Shown here in pieces: positions 63,991 through 64,000 of a stretch of DNA of 64,000 nt (its first letter is position 1; each line of letters opens with the position of its first letter). Both the position numbers and the translations under genes were made by a program. The DNA is from a virus (Duplodnaviria; Caudoviricetes), in the IMG/VR virus record IMGVR_UViG_3300049988_000286, positions 160,001 through 224,000 of that record; one strand, 5' to 3'. Below the pieces are notes generated by a model that saw only the letters and a program-made list of their open reading frames with translations, had not been told where the DNA came from and searched no databases.

Positions 63991-64000
63991 CGCGAAAGCA

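Noticed and set aside
1-64000. CRISPR array, tRNA or rRNA genes
   Set aside because: No spaced direct repeats or cloverleaf T-loop (GTTCRA) context seen in the short intergenic gaps; not checked with tRNAscan
1-64000. Stop-codon reassignment (alternative genetic code)
   Set aside because: Core genes are full length under the standard code and end in TAA, TGA or TAG

Overview
This window is a segment of a GC-rich (roughly 58-60% by eye) T4-like jumbo myophage genome. No bacterial housekeeping genes, tRNA, rRNA or CRISPR array were seen. The gene set (split DnaE fragment, 3284-aa baseplate protein, gp55-like sigma, M23/SLT baseplate enzymes) points by inference to the Rak2/Atu_ph07/XacN1-like group, probably on an alphaproteobacterial host. 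Layout: 1-24.3 kb is accessory and DNA-metabolism genes (DNA MTase, wHTH + SF2 helicase + MTase-like operon, GIY-YIG endonuclease, NAMPT + NMNAT-Nudix, YafQ-like toxin pair, Nudix, YqeY, putative head-packaged proteins, macrodomain, gp46/gp47, late sigma). 24.4-57.1 kb is baseplate, tape measure, portal, protease, scaffold and capsid. 57.2-64 kb is a homing endonuclease, PhoH, TK, HAD, clamp loader, GroES and a DnaE fragment. The best leads are: (1) late, mostly leaderless genes whose products share an N-terminal prohead-protease-like tag and carry effector-like domains (YafQ RNase, zincin, two ART-like paralogues, SWIM finger), a candidate injected arsenal; (2) a canonical -1 frameshift signal (U UUU UUC + hairpin) in the baseplate-hub/tail-chaperone gene; (3) a covarying GGUGAAU-loop RNA hairpin in front of both NAD-salvage genes; (4) a coupled wHTH + Z1-like SF2 helicase + MTase-like operon; (5) systematic leaderless translation from TAAATA promoters. 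All family assignments come from motifs read by eye. No database search was run.
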